Assembly (NCBI GenBank): GCA_038236615.1
Contig: JBBRZO010000007.1
Coordinates: forward strand, 25,780-89,779
Length of the DNA: 64,000 nt
From: Caulobacterales bacterium
GTDB taxonomy: Bacteria > Pseudomonadota > Alphaproteobacteria > Caulobacterales > Caulobacteraceae
Direction of reading: 5' to 3'
Shown: positions 18,570 through 28,240 of the stretch, piece by piece
Position numbering within the stretch: the first letter of the stretch is position 1
How the letters are laid out: every line of letters begins with the position of its first letter
The notes under the pieces: model-generated
Told to the model about the DNA's origin: nothing
The model's database searches: none
The model's input: only the letters and a program-made list of their open reading frames with translations
Translations under genes and position numbers: made by a program

Positions 18570-20663
18570 TCAATCCATCAACTGACGGGTCAGGTAGGCA
18601 TAGTGCATGGCCCAGCGCCGGGCGTTGGCCTCGGGATCGGCCCCGTTGGCGTGGCCGCCGTCGGTGTTCTCGAAATACAGATAGCTGTCGCCCAGGTCGG
18701 CCAGCCGGGCGGCGAACCGCCGGGCGTGGCTGGGATGCACCCGGTCGTCCTTGGTCGAGGTGGTGATGTAGGCCAGCGGGTATTTCACCCCGGCCTTCAG
18801 GTTTTGCATCGGGCTGTATTTGCTGATCCAGGCGGCCTCGGCGGGAATGTCCGGATCGCCGTACTCGCCCACCCAGGAGGCGCCGGCCGACAGGTGGTTG
18901 AAGCGCAGCATGTCGAGCAGCGGGCTTTCCACCACCACCGCGTTCCACAGGTCCGGCCGCTGCGTCAGGGCCACCCCCATCAACAGGCCGCCGTTCGAGC
19001 GGCCATAGGCCCCCAGGCGGCGGGGCGAGGTGATCTTCCTGGCGATGGCGTCCTCGGCCACAGCGAAGAAGTCGTCATAGGCCCGCTGGCGGTTCTGCTT
19101 GAGCGCCGCCTCATGCCAGGCCGGCCCGAACTCTCCGCCGCCCCTGATATTGGCGACGATATAGACCCCGCCCCGCTCCAGCCACAGCTTGCCGACCAGC
19201 GGGTCGTACAGCGGCAGCTTGGAGAGCTGGAAGCCGCCGTAAGCGAACAGAAGCGAGGGGTTGGAGCCGTCGTACTTGATGTCCTTGCGATGGACGACGA
19301 AGTAGGGGACCAGCGTGCCGTCCTTCGAGGTCGCCTGGAACTGCTCGACGATCAGGCCGGCGGTGTTGAACTTGCCCGGCAGGCGCGCGACCACGTCGGA
19401 CTTGGCCGTGGCGGCGTCGGCCAGGTTCAGCTCGGTCGGAACCAGGAAGCTCTCGACGCTGTAGAAGACCTGGTCGTCGATGTCGGAGGCGCTGGCGATG
19501 TTGATCGAAGAGTTGTCGGCGGCTGGCAGGGCGGTCTGCGTCCAGGCCCATTCGCCCTTGTCGGCGAAGCTGAAAATACGGCCTCGGACGTTGTCATAGA
19601 CCACGGCGACAACGCGGCTCCGGGTGACCACCACCTGGTCGATGGACTGGCGCGGGCCCGGCGTGAAGATCACTGGCACAGCGTTTGGGATGTAGATCTC
19701 ATCCTTCGACGGCGGGACCAGCAACCCAGGGTCGGCCGCGGCCAGCGAGCCGGCCTTGATGTTGGTCCCCGAATATTTCCAGTCCTCACCGATCGTCAGG
19801 ATGATCCAGCCGTGCAGCAGCCCCTGGATGTTGGACTTCTGCGGCAGCGCCAGTTCCACCGGCCCCTTGTCGGTCAGCTGCCAATAGCGGGTGTGGAAGA
19901 AATCAACGCCGCGCTGCAGCAGCACCACCTGATGGCCCTCGCCGTCTCGCAGCACGTTCGGGCTGGCGCTGACGTCCTTGGGGTCGCCCCGGAACACTTC
20001 CTTGGCCTCAGTCAGGGCCTGGCCGCGCTTCAGGGTCTTGATGACGAAGCCGTAGCCGGACTCGGTCAGGGTGCCGGGGCCCCAGTCGCGGGTCAGGATC
20101 AGGGTGTCGGCGTCCAGCCAGGCGACGGTCTGCTTGCTCTCGGAGAGCTTGAAGCCGCCGGCCACGAAGGCCTTGGTCTTCAGGTCGAACTCGCGGATCT
20201 CGACGGCGTCCTTGCCGCCGTTGGAGAGCTCGACCAGGCAGCGGTCGTACTCGGGGGCGCGGCAGTCGGCGCCCTTCCAGATCCAGTTGGCGCCCTCGGC
20301 CTTGGCCAGGGCGTCGACGTCGATGACAGTTTCCCAGACCGGCTTGCCGGTCCGGTAGCTGGCCAGGGTGGCGCGCCGCCAGACGCCCCGCACATGCTCG
20401 CGGTCCTGCCAGAAGTTGAAGACGGCCTTGCCGACAAAGTCGGGGGCCGGGATGCGGTCGGTGGCCGACAGGATGGTCAGGGCCTGGTCGTGCAGCGGCT
20501 GGTAGCGGGCATCGCCCTGCAGGACCGGCAGGGTCTTGGCGTTCTCGGCCTGCACCCAGGCCATCGGCTTGGCGCCTTCGACGTCCTCGAGCCACAGATT
20601 GTCGGGCAGGGGGGCGGGGCTCGCGCAGGTGAGCAGCGCGGCGGCGAAGGCGGTCAGGAACAT
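18570..20663 (-). CDS. Prolyl oligopeptidase (S9A), exported, paralog 2
   Basis: DNLWLEDVEG, GRSNGG nucleophile, STKDDRVHPSH, DGGH; tandem with paralog 1. Confidence 0.93.
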   Translation of the reverse strand: MFLTAFAAALLTCASPAPLPDNLWLEDVEGAKPMAWVQAENAKTLPVLQGDARYQPLHDQALTILSATDRIPAPDFVGKAVFNFWQDREHVRGVWRRATLASYRTGKPVWETVIDVDALAKAEGANWIWKGADCRAPEYDRCLVELSNGGKDAVEIREFDLKTKAFVAGGFKLSESKQTVAWLDADTLILTRDWGPGTLTESGYGFVIKTLKRGQALTEAKEVFRGDPKDVSASPNVLRDGEGHQVVLLQRGVDFFHTRYWQLTDKGPVELALPQKSNIQGLLHGWIILTIGEDWKYSGTNIKAGSLAAADPGLLVPPSKDEIYIPNAVPVIFTPGPRQSIDQVVVTRSRVVAVVYDNVRGRIFSFADKGEWAWTQTALPAADNSSINIASASDIDDQVFYSVESFLVPTELNLADAATAKSDVVARLPGKFNTAGLIVEQFQATSKDGTLVPYFVVHRKDIKYDGSNPSLLFAYGGFQLSKLPLYDPLVGKLWLERGGVYIVANIRGGGEFGPAWHEAALKQNRQRAYDDFFAVAEDAIARKITSPRRLGAYGRSNGGLLMGVALTQRPDLWNAVVVESPLLDMLRFNHLSAGASWVGEYGDPDIPAEAAWISKYSPMQNLKAGVKYPLAYITTSTKDDRVHPSHARRFAARLADLGDSYLYFENTDGGHANGADPEANARRWAMHYAYLTRQLMD

Positions 20664-20782
20664 GCGGGGAAGCTCAGCGATGTGGATCGGGCCGCGCGAG
20701 CATAGGCGTGGCCCCGAGCGGGCGGCAAGTTAATCCCAGGACAGGTGCGGTAGCCGATAATCTCGCCTATATCGGAGGAGAA

Positions 20783-21607
20783 ATGAGCCGTCCGTTCCTG
20801 AAGATGAATGGGGCCGGCAACGACTTTGTCGTGGTCGAGGCCCGCAGCCAGCCGTTCGCGCCGACGGTGGAAGAGGCGCGCGCCATCGCCGCCCGCGACG
20901 GCGGAATCGGCTGCGACCAGCTGATCGCCATCGAGCCCTCCGCCACCGCCGACGCCTTCATGCGCATCTGGAATTCGAGTGGGGGGGAAGTCGAGGCCTG
21001 CGGCAACGCCACCCGCTGCGTGGCCTGGCTGACCATGCAGGCCTCGGGCCGCGACGCGGTCAGCATCGAGACGGTGGCCGGAACGCTGCACGCCACGAGA
21101 GCCGGCGAGACGATGATCAGCGTCGACATGGGCGAGCCGCGCCTGCGCTGGGACCAGATCCCGCTCGAGAACGAGATGGACACCCGCAATATCGAGCTGC
21201 AGGTCGGCCCCATCGACAATCCGCACCTGCACACGCCCGGCGCCGTCAACATGGGCAACCCACACGTGGTGTTTTTCGTTGACGACGCAGAGGCCGCTCC
21301 GGTCCGCGAGGCCGGCAGCCTGATCGAGCACCACCCGTTGTTCCCGCAGGGCGTCAATGTCGAGTTCGCCCAGATCAAGACCCGTGACCGCATCCGCTGC
21401 CGGGTCTGGGAGCGCGGGGCCGGCATCACCCGAGCCTGCGGCACCGGCGCCTGCGCCACCCTGGTCGCCGCCTTCCGCCGGGGCCTGGTCGACCGCAAGG
21501 CGACCATCGAAATGGACGGCGGCGATCTCGTCATCGAATGGCGCGAGAGCGACAACCACGTGATCATGACCGGCCCGGTCGAGGTGGAGTTCGCGGGAAG
21601 GCTCTAA
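20783..21607 (+). CDS. dapF: Diaminopimelate epimerase
   Basis: KMNGAGNDF, EACGNATRC, NMGNPHVV, ERGAGITRACGTGACA; GGAGGAG RBS. Confidence 0.97.
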   Translation: MSRPFLKMNGAGNDFVVVEARSQPFAPTVEEARAIAARDGGIGCDQLIAIEPSATADAFMRIWNSSGGEVEACGNATRCVAWLTMQASGRDAVSIETVAGTLHATRAGETMISVDMGEPRLRWDQIPLENEMDTRNIELQVGPIDNPHLHTPGAVNMGNPHVVFFVDDAEAAPVREAGSLIEHHPLFPQGVNVEFAQIKTRDRIRCRVWERGAGITRACGTGACATLVAAFRRGLVDRKATIEMDGGDLVIEWRESDNHVIMTGPVEVEFAGRL

Positions 21608-21716
21608 CTCAGGCAAATCCTCACCCGGAGGGGAAGGATTTGCGGAGCCGCGCTTCCTTTCCTGAAAACCTGAACTAAAGTCCCGCGCCTGTCCGTATCC
21701 TCGGGGGAGTATCCGT

Positions 21717-23759
21717 ATGCGTCTCGTTCTCGCCGCCGCCGCCGTCTGCCTGGCCTTCGCGGCCCCGGCCCTGGCCAAGCCGCCGGAAGCCCCCAGCAAA
21801 ATCTTCACCGCCCGCGACCTGTTCGGCCTGGAGGTCGCCTCCGATCCGCGCATCAAGCCGGACGGCTCGGCCATCGCCTATGTCCGATCGACCTACGACA
21901 TCATGGGCGACCGGGCGGTCAACACCATCTGGCTGGCCGACGCCAACGGCGGCGGGCAGGCCCCGATCGCGGCGGGCGGCGGCAGCTACGGCTCGCCGCG
22001 CTGGTCGCCGGACGGCAAGCGCCTGGCCTATGTCGCCGCCATCGATGGCGCCCCGCAGCTCTATGTCCGCTGGATGCAGACCGGCGTGGCCGCGCGGCTC
22101 GCCACCCTGCCTGAGAGCCCCGGCGACATCGCCTGGTCGCCGGACGGCAAGTCCATCGCCTTCACCATGTTCATCCCCGACGAGGGCGTCACCCTGGGCT
22201 CGCCGCTCGCCAAGCCCGATGGGGCCAAATGGGCCGATCCGCTGACCATCATCGGCAAGGTCAACTACCGGGCCGACGGGGCCGGCTATCTGCGCCCCGG
22301 CTTCAACAAGGTCTTCGTCATCGACGCCGACGGCGGGGCCCCGCGCCAGGTCACCTTCGGGGCCTATGACGACACCGGCCCCCTGGCCTGGACCCCCGAC
22401 GGCAAGGCGGTGCTGTTCACCTCCAGCCGCGGTGAGGACTGGGAGCGCGACCCGGTCGAGAGCGAGGTTTTCAAGATCACTGTCGCCGACGGGACGGTCG
22501 CCGCCCTGACCAGCCGTAACGGCCCCGACTTCAACCCGGTCATCTCCCCGGACGGCAAGACGCTGGCCTGGCTGGGCTTCGACGACAAGATGAGGGCCTA
22601 CGAGGACAACATCCTCTACGTCATGCCGCTGTCCGGCGGGACGCCCAAGGCCATCACCACCGGCCTCGATCGCTCGGTCGACGCCGTGCAGTGGTCGGCC
22701 GACAACAGGTCCCTGGTCATCCAGTACACCGACCATGGCGTCACCAAGCTGGCCAAGGTCACGCTGGACGGCGTGGTCACCCCCATCGCCCAGGGCCTGA
22801 CGCCCCGCGCCCTGGACCGGCCCTATGCCGGCGGGGAGTTCACGCTCGCCAATAACGGCATGGTCACCTTCACGATGGGCGATCCCAACCACCCGTCCGA
22901 CCTGGCCGTCGCCGGAAAGGGTGGGACCAAGCGCCTGACCCGCCTCAATGACGAGCTCTTCCAGGGCAAGGCCCTGGGCCAGGTCACCCCGCTGGCGGCA
23001 GCCTCGTCCTTCGACGGCAAGGCGATCGACGCCTGGATGGTCACCCCGCCCAACTTCGATCCCACCAAGAAGTATCCGCTGCTGCTGGAAATCCACGGCG
23101 GCCCCTACGCCGCCTACGGCCCCGTCTGGAGCAGCGAGGACCAGCTCTACGCCGCCGCCGGCTATATCGTGGTGTTCTCCAACCCGCGCGGCTCGACCGG
23201 CCAGGGCGCGGCCTTCGCCGACCTGATCGACAAGGACTATCCCAGCCACGATTACGACGACCTGATGAGCGTGGTCGATGCGGCCATAGCCAAGGGCTCG
23301 GCCGACCCGAACAACCTGTTCGTCACCGGCGGCTCGGGCGGCGGCGTGCTGACCGCCTGGATCGTCGGCAAGACCGGCCGCTTCAAGGCCGCCGTCAGCC
23401 AGAAGCCGGTGATCAACTGGTCCAGCTTCGTGCTGACCTCGGACGGTTATCCGCTGTACGGCCCCTACTGGCTGGGCAAGCAGCCCTGGGAGGATCCAGT
23501 GGGATATTGGGCCCATTCACCCCTGTCGCTGGTCGGCAACGTCACCACCCCGACCATGGTCCTGGTCGGCGAGGAAGACCGCCGCACCCCGCCCTCGGAG
23601 TCCGAACAGCTCTACCAGGCCCTGCAGCTGCGCAAGATCCCGACCCTGCTGGTCCGGGTCCCCGGCGCCTCGCACGGCGGGCTGGCCGAACGGCCCAGCC
23701 AGCTGGCGGCGGAGAACGCGGCCATCGTGGCCTGGTTCGAGCGGTACCGGGTGAAGTAA
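21717..23759 (+). CDS. S9 family dipeptidyl/acylaminoacyl peptidase with TolB-like propeller
   Basis: Signal peptide, repeated WSPDGK, EIHGGP, GGSGGG nucleophile, GEEDRRTP, ASHG. Confidence 0.92.
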   Translation: MRLVLAAAAVCLAFAAPALAKPPEAPSKIFTARDLFGLEVASDPRIKPDGSAIAYVRSTYDIMGDRAVNTIWLADANGGGQAPIAAGGGSYGSPRWSPDGKRLAYVAAIDGAPQLYVRWMQTGVAARLATLPESPGDIAWSPDGKSIAFTMFIPDEGVTLGSPLAKPDGAKWADPLTIIGKVNYRADGAGYLRPGFNKVFVIDADGGAPRQVTFGAYDDTGPLAWTPDGKAVLFTSSRGEDWERDPVESEVFKITVADGTVAALTSRNGPDFNPVISPDGKTLAWLGFDDKMRAYEDNILYVMPLSGGTPKAITTGLDRSVDAVQWSADNRSLVIQYTDHGVTKLAKVTLDGVVTPIAQGLTPRALDRPYAGGEFTLANNGMVTFTMGDPNHPSDLAVAGKGGTKRLTRLNDELFQGKALGQVTPLAAASSFDGKAIDAWMVTPPNFDPTKKYPLLLEIHGGPYAAYGPVWSSEDQLYAAAGYIVVFSNPRGSTGQGAAFADLIDKDYPSHDYDDLMSVVDAAIAKGSADPNNLFVTGGSGGGVLTAWIVGKTGRFKAAVSQKPVINWSSFVLTSDGYPLYGPYWLGKQPWEDPVGYWAHSPLSLVGNVTTPTMVLVGEEDRRTPPSESEQLYQALQLRKIPTLLVRVPGASHGGLAERPSQLAAENAAIVAWFERYRVK

Positions 23760-23825
23760 TAAACCATCCACTTAAGGTTAAGGACGTGTGGCACCCGCTA
23801 CCCCTGCCAAGGCTCAGATCTCAAA

Positions 23826-24629
23826 CTATACGCGTGGGAAAAAATAATCAGTGATGTATGCAGAAATGCCTTCCATATCCGGAAATAGAGTTGTGTAGTC
23901 AATACGCATCAACTCCAGATCCTCCATAGCAACATCTCTTTCTCTTTTGGAAATGACGTGTTTGAATAGTATCGGCATCTGAGGCTGGTGTTGAAACGGC
24001 CCATCTTGATCAAACAATTTTTCCGTATTTCTCCTTGTGGTATCATTTATTGTAAAAGCACCCTGCTGGTATAATTGTCTATAGTTCTTAGGAACATACT
24101 TATCTATAACTTCAAAGTCTTCTTCCCTGAAGACAAATCTCGCATAGCTGGCATCTAACGCCCATATGCAAACATTTCCGGATTTACAGTCGGCCGAGTT
24201 TGCGAAAGCAAAAAATGCCGCAACATAGGGACTGTGCGACCAGTCCAGCAGGCGAGTGGGGACCCCTCTATGTTGAGCAACGGCTTCGATTACGAAGCGT
24301 TTTCGGCGTCCATTGTAGCCCTTGTATAACAGAGCTTCATCCTGGAGGAGGCTGCGGTCCGTTACGAGGCGCTCAAATTCTTCTATCAACTCATTGTACC
24401 GCTGTTGAACGGGAACATTCTCTGGAATGCGCCGATCAAATTTGGGGCTAAGCGAAAATCGCTCACACCCCACACCTCGATATAGAAATGAGGGCCTGCC
24501 GGCACCTGGAGGCCGAACCCCGGCCAGTTGCTGAGCCGCCATTGCCTGTCGCCACTTGGCTGTAAATTCATGCCAACCACTATACTTTATAGTCGCATAG
24601 GGCAGGGGGCTAGTAGACAGGATTTTCAT
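23826..24629 (-). CDS. FRG-domain protein (low-GC island)
   Basis: LYRG, AQHRGVPTRLLDWSHSPYVAAFFA, NYRQLYQQGAF, TLFPDMEG match the FRG family pattern. Confidence 0.88.
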   Translation of the reverse strand: MKILSTSPLPYATIKYSGWHEFTAKWRQAMAAQQLAGVRPPGAGRPSFLYRGVGCERFSLSPKFDRRIPENVPVQQRYNELIEEFERLVTDRSLLQDEALLYKGYNGRRKRFVIEAVAQHRGVPTRLLDWSHSPYVAAFFAFANSADCKSGNVCIWALDASYARFVFREEDFEVIDKYVPKNYRQLYQQGAFTINDTTRRNTEKLFDQDGPFQHQPQMPILFKHVISKRERDVAMEDLELMRIDYTTLFPDMEGISAYITDYFFPRV

Positions 24630-26289
24630 CGTTTACCTTCAGGTCAAAGTAACTAACCAGAGAAGCATGAAATCCATATAGATTAGCGTCGCTCCGAATA
24701 ATCCGAGCGTCGCTCGCCCCTCTCCAATTGTACCTCCAACGTGCTATATTTGCTTGGTCATCGCGAAACGCCAAAAGGCCGTGTCGCCACATTATATTGT
24801 CAAACCTGTATACATCGTCGCCCAGGCCACCAAAAATTGGCCCGGCTCTATCTGTGGAAATCAGACCCGCGGCAGACATAGCTTGAATTAATTCACTGTG
24901 CGTAAACTGCTCCTTACGATCGAGGAACATAACCATCGACTTAAGTTGATCTTTGACGACGTTTCTCATATTGCCAATGAGCGCCCGAGCCGATTTGGGG
25001 TCATCAGCGTCTGACATTGGAAGCTCTTGCTTGGAATCTTGCAGTATTGACGCCATGTAATCGGCGCTCATCAGAGCCTCATTTATACATATGAGGAGCG
25101 ATTCTTCTCCAAACCTGAGCGAAGCGCTGTTGACGGCCTTTCGTAGCGAAGGTTCGCCAAACACTTTCCCCTGGAGCCGCCGCCTAGCCGATTCCAAGAA
25201 TATTTCATTTCCCATGACGACAATATCGCGAGGTATCATTCTCGAGTGTCGGAGTATGTAATCAGACACGGGCTCGACAATAGACCTCTTCACATTTTGA
25301 ACATTAGTAAATCCCAACCAAGCCCCGAATGGGTCCTCATTAACATCTATTTCTGGGCGAGCCAAATATCGACTCTCTAGTCGTCTTATTTTCTCTATTA
25401 GAAATCTACGAACGGTAACTTGATCCCATATCAAGTGTCTAATGTGAGAGTTTGAAATATTTCTGGACGAGTGTTCCGTTCTCATTACGGAGTCAAATAC
25501 TATATCTCTAAGAGCGATAACCACATGTATCTTCGCAAATAGCTCCCTTTCGGAGAAGGTTTGAAATACGGCATAGAATAATCCAAGTTGACATATCGCC
25601 CATAGCGCCGGCGCGTCATCAAACTCTTCATCGATACTATCAATGTAGAACGAAACTTCTCGTGATTTCCTGACAAGGTCAGCCACATAACTCTTGAGTT
25701 CGGGCCACTTTGGGTGTTCCAAATAGTTGGACCAGCCCGTGGCGCCGCGAACTGACCTGACAATTCTGGACAGAAAGGATGTCGGAGTTAACGGTGCCAG
25801 AGGGATGTCGACAAGCTCTCCGAAATAGGCCTTGAATTCGTCCGCCTCTAACATCTCCTCCGAACTTTTTATCGCCGGCCTCTTGCTGTGGAATAAGCTA
25901 CAGACGGCCAGTAGGATGGCTCGCTCCCACAACATCGTCCAGAATCGTAAATTGACGGGCTCGCCGGTCGCGGAAACGGCGGCTCCTAATCTCCGCAATC
26001 TATCCAGATAGGGTTCGGCGCTGTGCACGATTTCGATTAGAGTGCTGGTTCGGAAAGCCTCTTTGTCGTCGAGAACTACGAAATCTCTCTTTGAGGCCGC
26101 AAGTTGGTGGGCCCTTAGATAGAGCGTCTTTCCAGAACCTTTCCTGCCAACGATGATTCTTTCCCTCATCGAGAGCGGATTGTTGATTGGAGATTCGTAT
26201 ACTCCGTCGATCTCGATCAACCCATCCTTCGGGTCAGATCGGGCGGCATCCGAGTCGCCAAAAGGCATTTCCGATGTGACATGAGTCAT
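24610..26289 (-). CDS. P-loop ATPase, Sll1717/FunZ-like (low-GC island)
   Basis: PFGDSDA N-terminus, Walker A IIVGRKGSGKT, Walker B FYIDSIDE, VIALRDIVF, HSRMIPRDIV; family call by pattern recognition. Confidence 0.78.
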   Translation of the reverse strand: MTHVTSEMPFGDSDAARSDPKDGLIEIDGVYESPINNPLSMRERIIVGRKGSGKTLYLRAHQLAASKRDFVVLDDKEAFRTSTLIEIVHSAEPYLDRLRRLGAAVSATGEPVNLRFWTMLWERAILLAVCSLFHSKRPAIKSSEEMLEADEFKAYFGELVDIPLAPLTPTSFLSRIVRSVRGATGWSNYLEHPKWPELKSYVADLVRKSREVSFYIDSIDEEFDDAPALWAICQLGLFYAVFQTFSERELFAKIHVVIALRDIVFDSVMRTEHSSRNISNSHIRHLIWDQVTVRRFLIEKIRRLESRYLARPEIDVNEDPFGAWLGFTNVQNVKRSIVEPVSDYILRHSRMIPRDIVVMGNEIFLESARRRLQGKVFGEPSLRKAVNSASLRFGEESLLICINEALMSADYMASILQDSKQELPMSDADDPKSARALIGNMRNVVKDQLKSMVMFLDRKEQFTHSELIQAMSAAGLISTDRAGPIFGGLGDDVYRFDNIMWRHGLLAFRDDQANIARWRYNWRGASDARIIRSDANLYGFHASLVSYFDLKVNDENPVY

Positions 26290-26528
26290 GTCTTCAACCA
26301 AAACGGCGCCTCCCCCAATCGCTCGAAGTATGCGCGAATTTTTGTGGAGAACAAGGTTCTCAAGTTTGCGTTTTTCGGGGGCGCGCCCTGAGCTAAGGGG
26401 ACAGCCTGTCTAAACATCGCCGAGGCGCTATTGATTGCCGCCGCAATCCACTGTTGGGGGCGTTGGGTCGTTTCTGCTATAGCCCGCCACCAAGGGCGGC
26501 CCGGTGGCCGCCCGCTTGCGTTTGGATC

Positions 26529-27800
26529 ATGAGCGACACCGCCGCCATCGCCGTTCCGACAGAGACGGTCGAGGTCGTCACCTTCGGGTGCCGGCTGAAC
26601 GGCTATGAGTCCGAGCAGATCCGCGCCCAGGTCCAGGCCGATGGCCTGACCAACGCCGTGGTCTTCAACACCTGCGCGGTCACCGGCGAGGCTGTGCGCC
26701 AGGCCCGCCAGGCCATCCGCCGGGCCCGCCGCGAGCGCCCGGACGCCCGGTTGATCGTCACCGGCTGCGCCGCCCAGATCGACCCGGCCGCCTTCGCCGC
26801 CATGCCCGAGGTCGACCTGGTGGTCGGCAACGCTGACAAGGCCTCGCCCGGCGCGCTGAGCCCCGACGGCGCCCGGATCCGCGTCAACGATATCATGAGC
26901 GTCACCGAGACCGCCGGTCACCTGATCGACGGCCTGCGCGACCGGGCCCGGGCCTATGTCGAGGTGCAGAACGGTTGCGACCACCGCTGCACCTTCTGCG
27001 TCATCCCGTTCGGACGCGGCAACAGCCGCTCGGTTCCCGCCGGCCAGGTGGTCAGCCAGATCGGCCGGCTGACCGCCGAAGGCTATCGCGAGGTGGTGCT
27101 GACCGGGGTCGACCTGACCAGCTGGGGCGCCGACCTGCCCGGCCAGCCGACCCTGGGCCAACTGGTGGTCCGCATCCTTAAGCTGGTCCCCGACCTGCCC
27201 CGCCTGCGCCTCTCCTCCATCGACGCCGCCGAGATCGATCCGGACCTGATGCGCTGCCTGGCCGAGGAGCCCCGGCTGATGCCCTACCTGCACCTCTCAC
27301 TGCAGGCCGGCGACGACCTGATCCTCAAGCGCATGAAGCGGCGGCACCTCAGGGCAGATGCGCTGAATCTTATCGCCAGTGTCCGCGCCGTGCGGCCCGA
27401 GACCGCCTTCGGGGCCGACTTCATCGCCGGCTTCCCGACCGAGAGCGAGGCAGCCTTCCAGAACACGCTGGACCTGGTTGAAGAGGCCGGGCTGGCCTTC
27501 CTGCACGTCTTCCCCTACAGCGCCCGCCCCGGCACGCCCGCCGCGCGGATGCCGCCGGTGAACGGCAAGGCCATCAAGGACCGCGCCCGCCGCCTGCGCG
27601 AAGCCGGGGCGCTCGCCCTGACCCGCCACCTGGACGCCCAGGTCGGCCGCACACTCAATGGCCTGGTCGAAAAGCCCGGCGTCGCCCGCGCCGACGACTT
27701 CACCGAACTGGCCTTCGAGGGCGATGCGCCGGTGGGCGAGATCGTGCCGTTCCGCATTACCGGCCACGATGGCGTCCGAGCCCTGGCAGTGCGCGCATGA
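26529..27800 (+). CDS. mtaB: tRNA threonylcarbamoyladenosine methylthiotransferase (radical SAM)
   Basis: TFGCRLNGYES, NTCAVT, VQNGCDHRCTFC, HVFPYSARPGT; dapF-mtaB-ftsY synteny. Confidence 0.93.
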   Translation: MSDTAAIAVPTETVEVVTFGCRLNGYESEQIRAQVQADGLTNAVVFNTCAVTGEAVRQARQAIRRARRERPDARLIVTGCAAQIDPAAFAAMPEVDLVVGNADKASPGALSPDGARIRVNDIMSVTETAGHLIDGLRDRARAYVEVQNGCDHRCTFCVIPFGRGNSRSVPAGQVVSQIGRLTAEGYREVVLTGVDLTSWGADLPGQPTLGQLVVRILKLVPDLPRLRLSSIDAAEIDPDLMRCLAEEPRLMPYLHLSLQAGDDLILKRMKRRHLRADALNLIASVRAVRPETAFGADFIAGFPTESEAAFQNTLDLVEEAGLAFLHVFPYSARPGTPAARMPPVNGKAIKDRARRLREAGALALTRHLDAQVGRTLNGLVEKPGVARADDFTELAFEGDAPVGEIVPFRITGHDGVRALAVRA

Positions 27801-28240
27801 GAACCGGCGGCTGCCAGTGCGGCGCCGTCCGCTTCAAGGTCGAGGGCGAGCTGGGCCGGCCCAGCCTCTGCCACTGCCGCATGTGCCAGAAGGCATTTGG
27901 CGGGCCGTACGGGGCGCTTGTCTCGGTGAAGACGACGCAGCTGACCTGGACGCGCGGGACGCCCAGCCATTTCCAGAGCTCCAACCTGGTCAAGCGCGGT
28001 TTCTGCAGCGCCTGCGGCACGCCGTTGACCTTCGAGTGGAGCGACAAGGTCACCGACCTCGCCATCTTCGCCTTCGATGAGCCGGCCGACATCGTGCCCG
28101 TCGTGCAGATGGCCACCGACACAGCGCCGGCCTGGGCCATGGATGTGGGCGCGATACCGCATCGCTCTTCAGAAGAACAAGTGGTCGCGGCTGCCCACTA
28201 TGCGGCGGTGGTCAGCTATCAGCACCCGGACCACGACTAG
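27797..28240 (+). CDS. GFA family Zn protein
   Basis: TGGCQCG, CHCRMCQK, RGFCSACGTPL; ATGA overlap with mtaB. Confidence 0.9.
   Translation: MRTGGCQCGAVRFKVEGELGRPSLCHCRMCQKAFGGPYGALVSVKTTQLTWTRGTPSHFQSSNLVKRGFCSACGTPLTFEWSDKVTDLAIFAFDEPADIVPVVQMATDTAPAWAMDVGAIPHRSSEEQVVAAAHYAAVVSYQHPDHD

Noticed and set aside
21671-21700. ECF-like promoter GAACT-N17-CGTAT before the S9C peptidase
   Set aside because: Short degenerate match with no independent support
24200-25763. Small ORFs inside the low-GC island (24200..24451, 24386..24580, 25500..25763)
   Set aside because: They overlap the motif-bearing FRG and ATPase frames and show no features of their own
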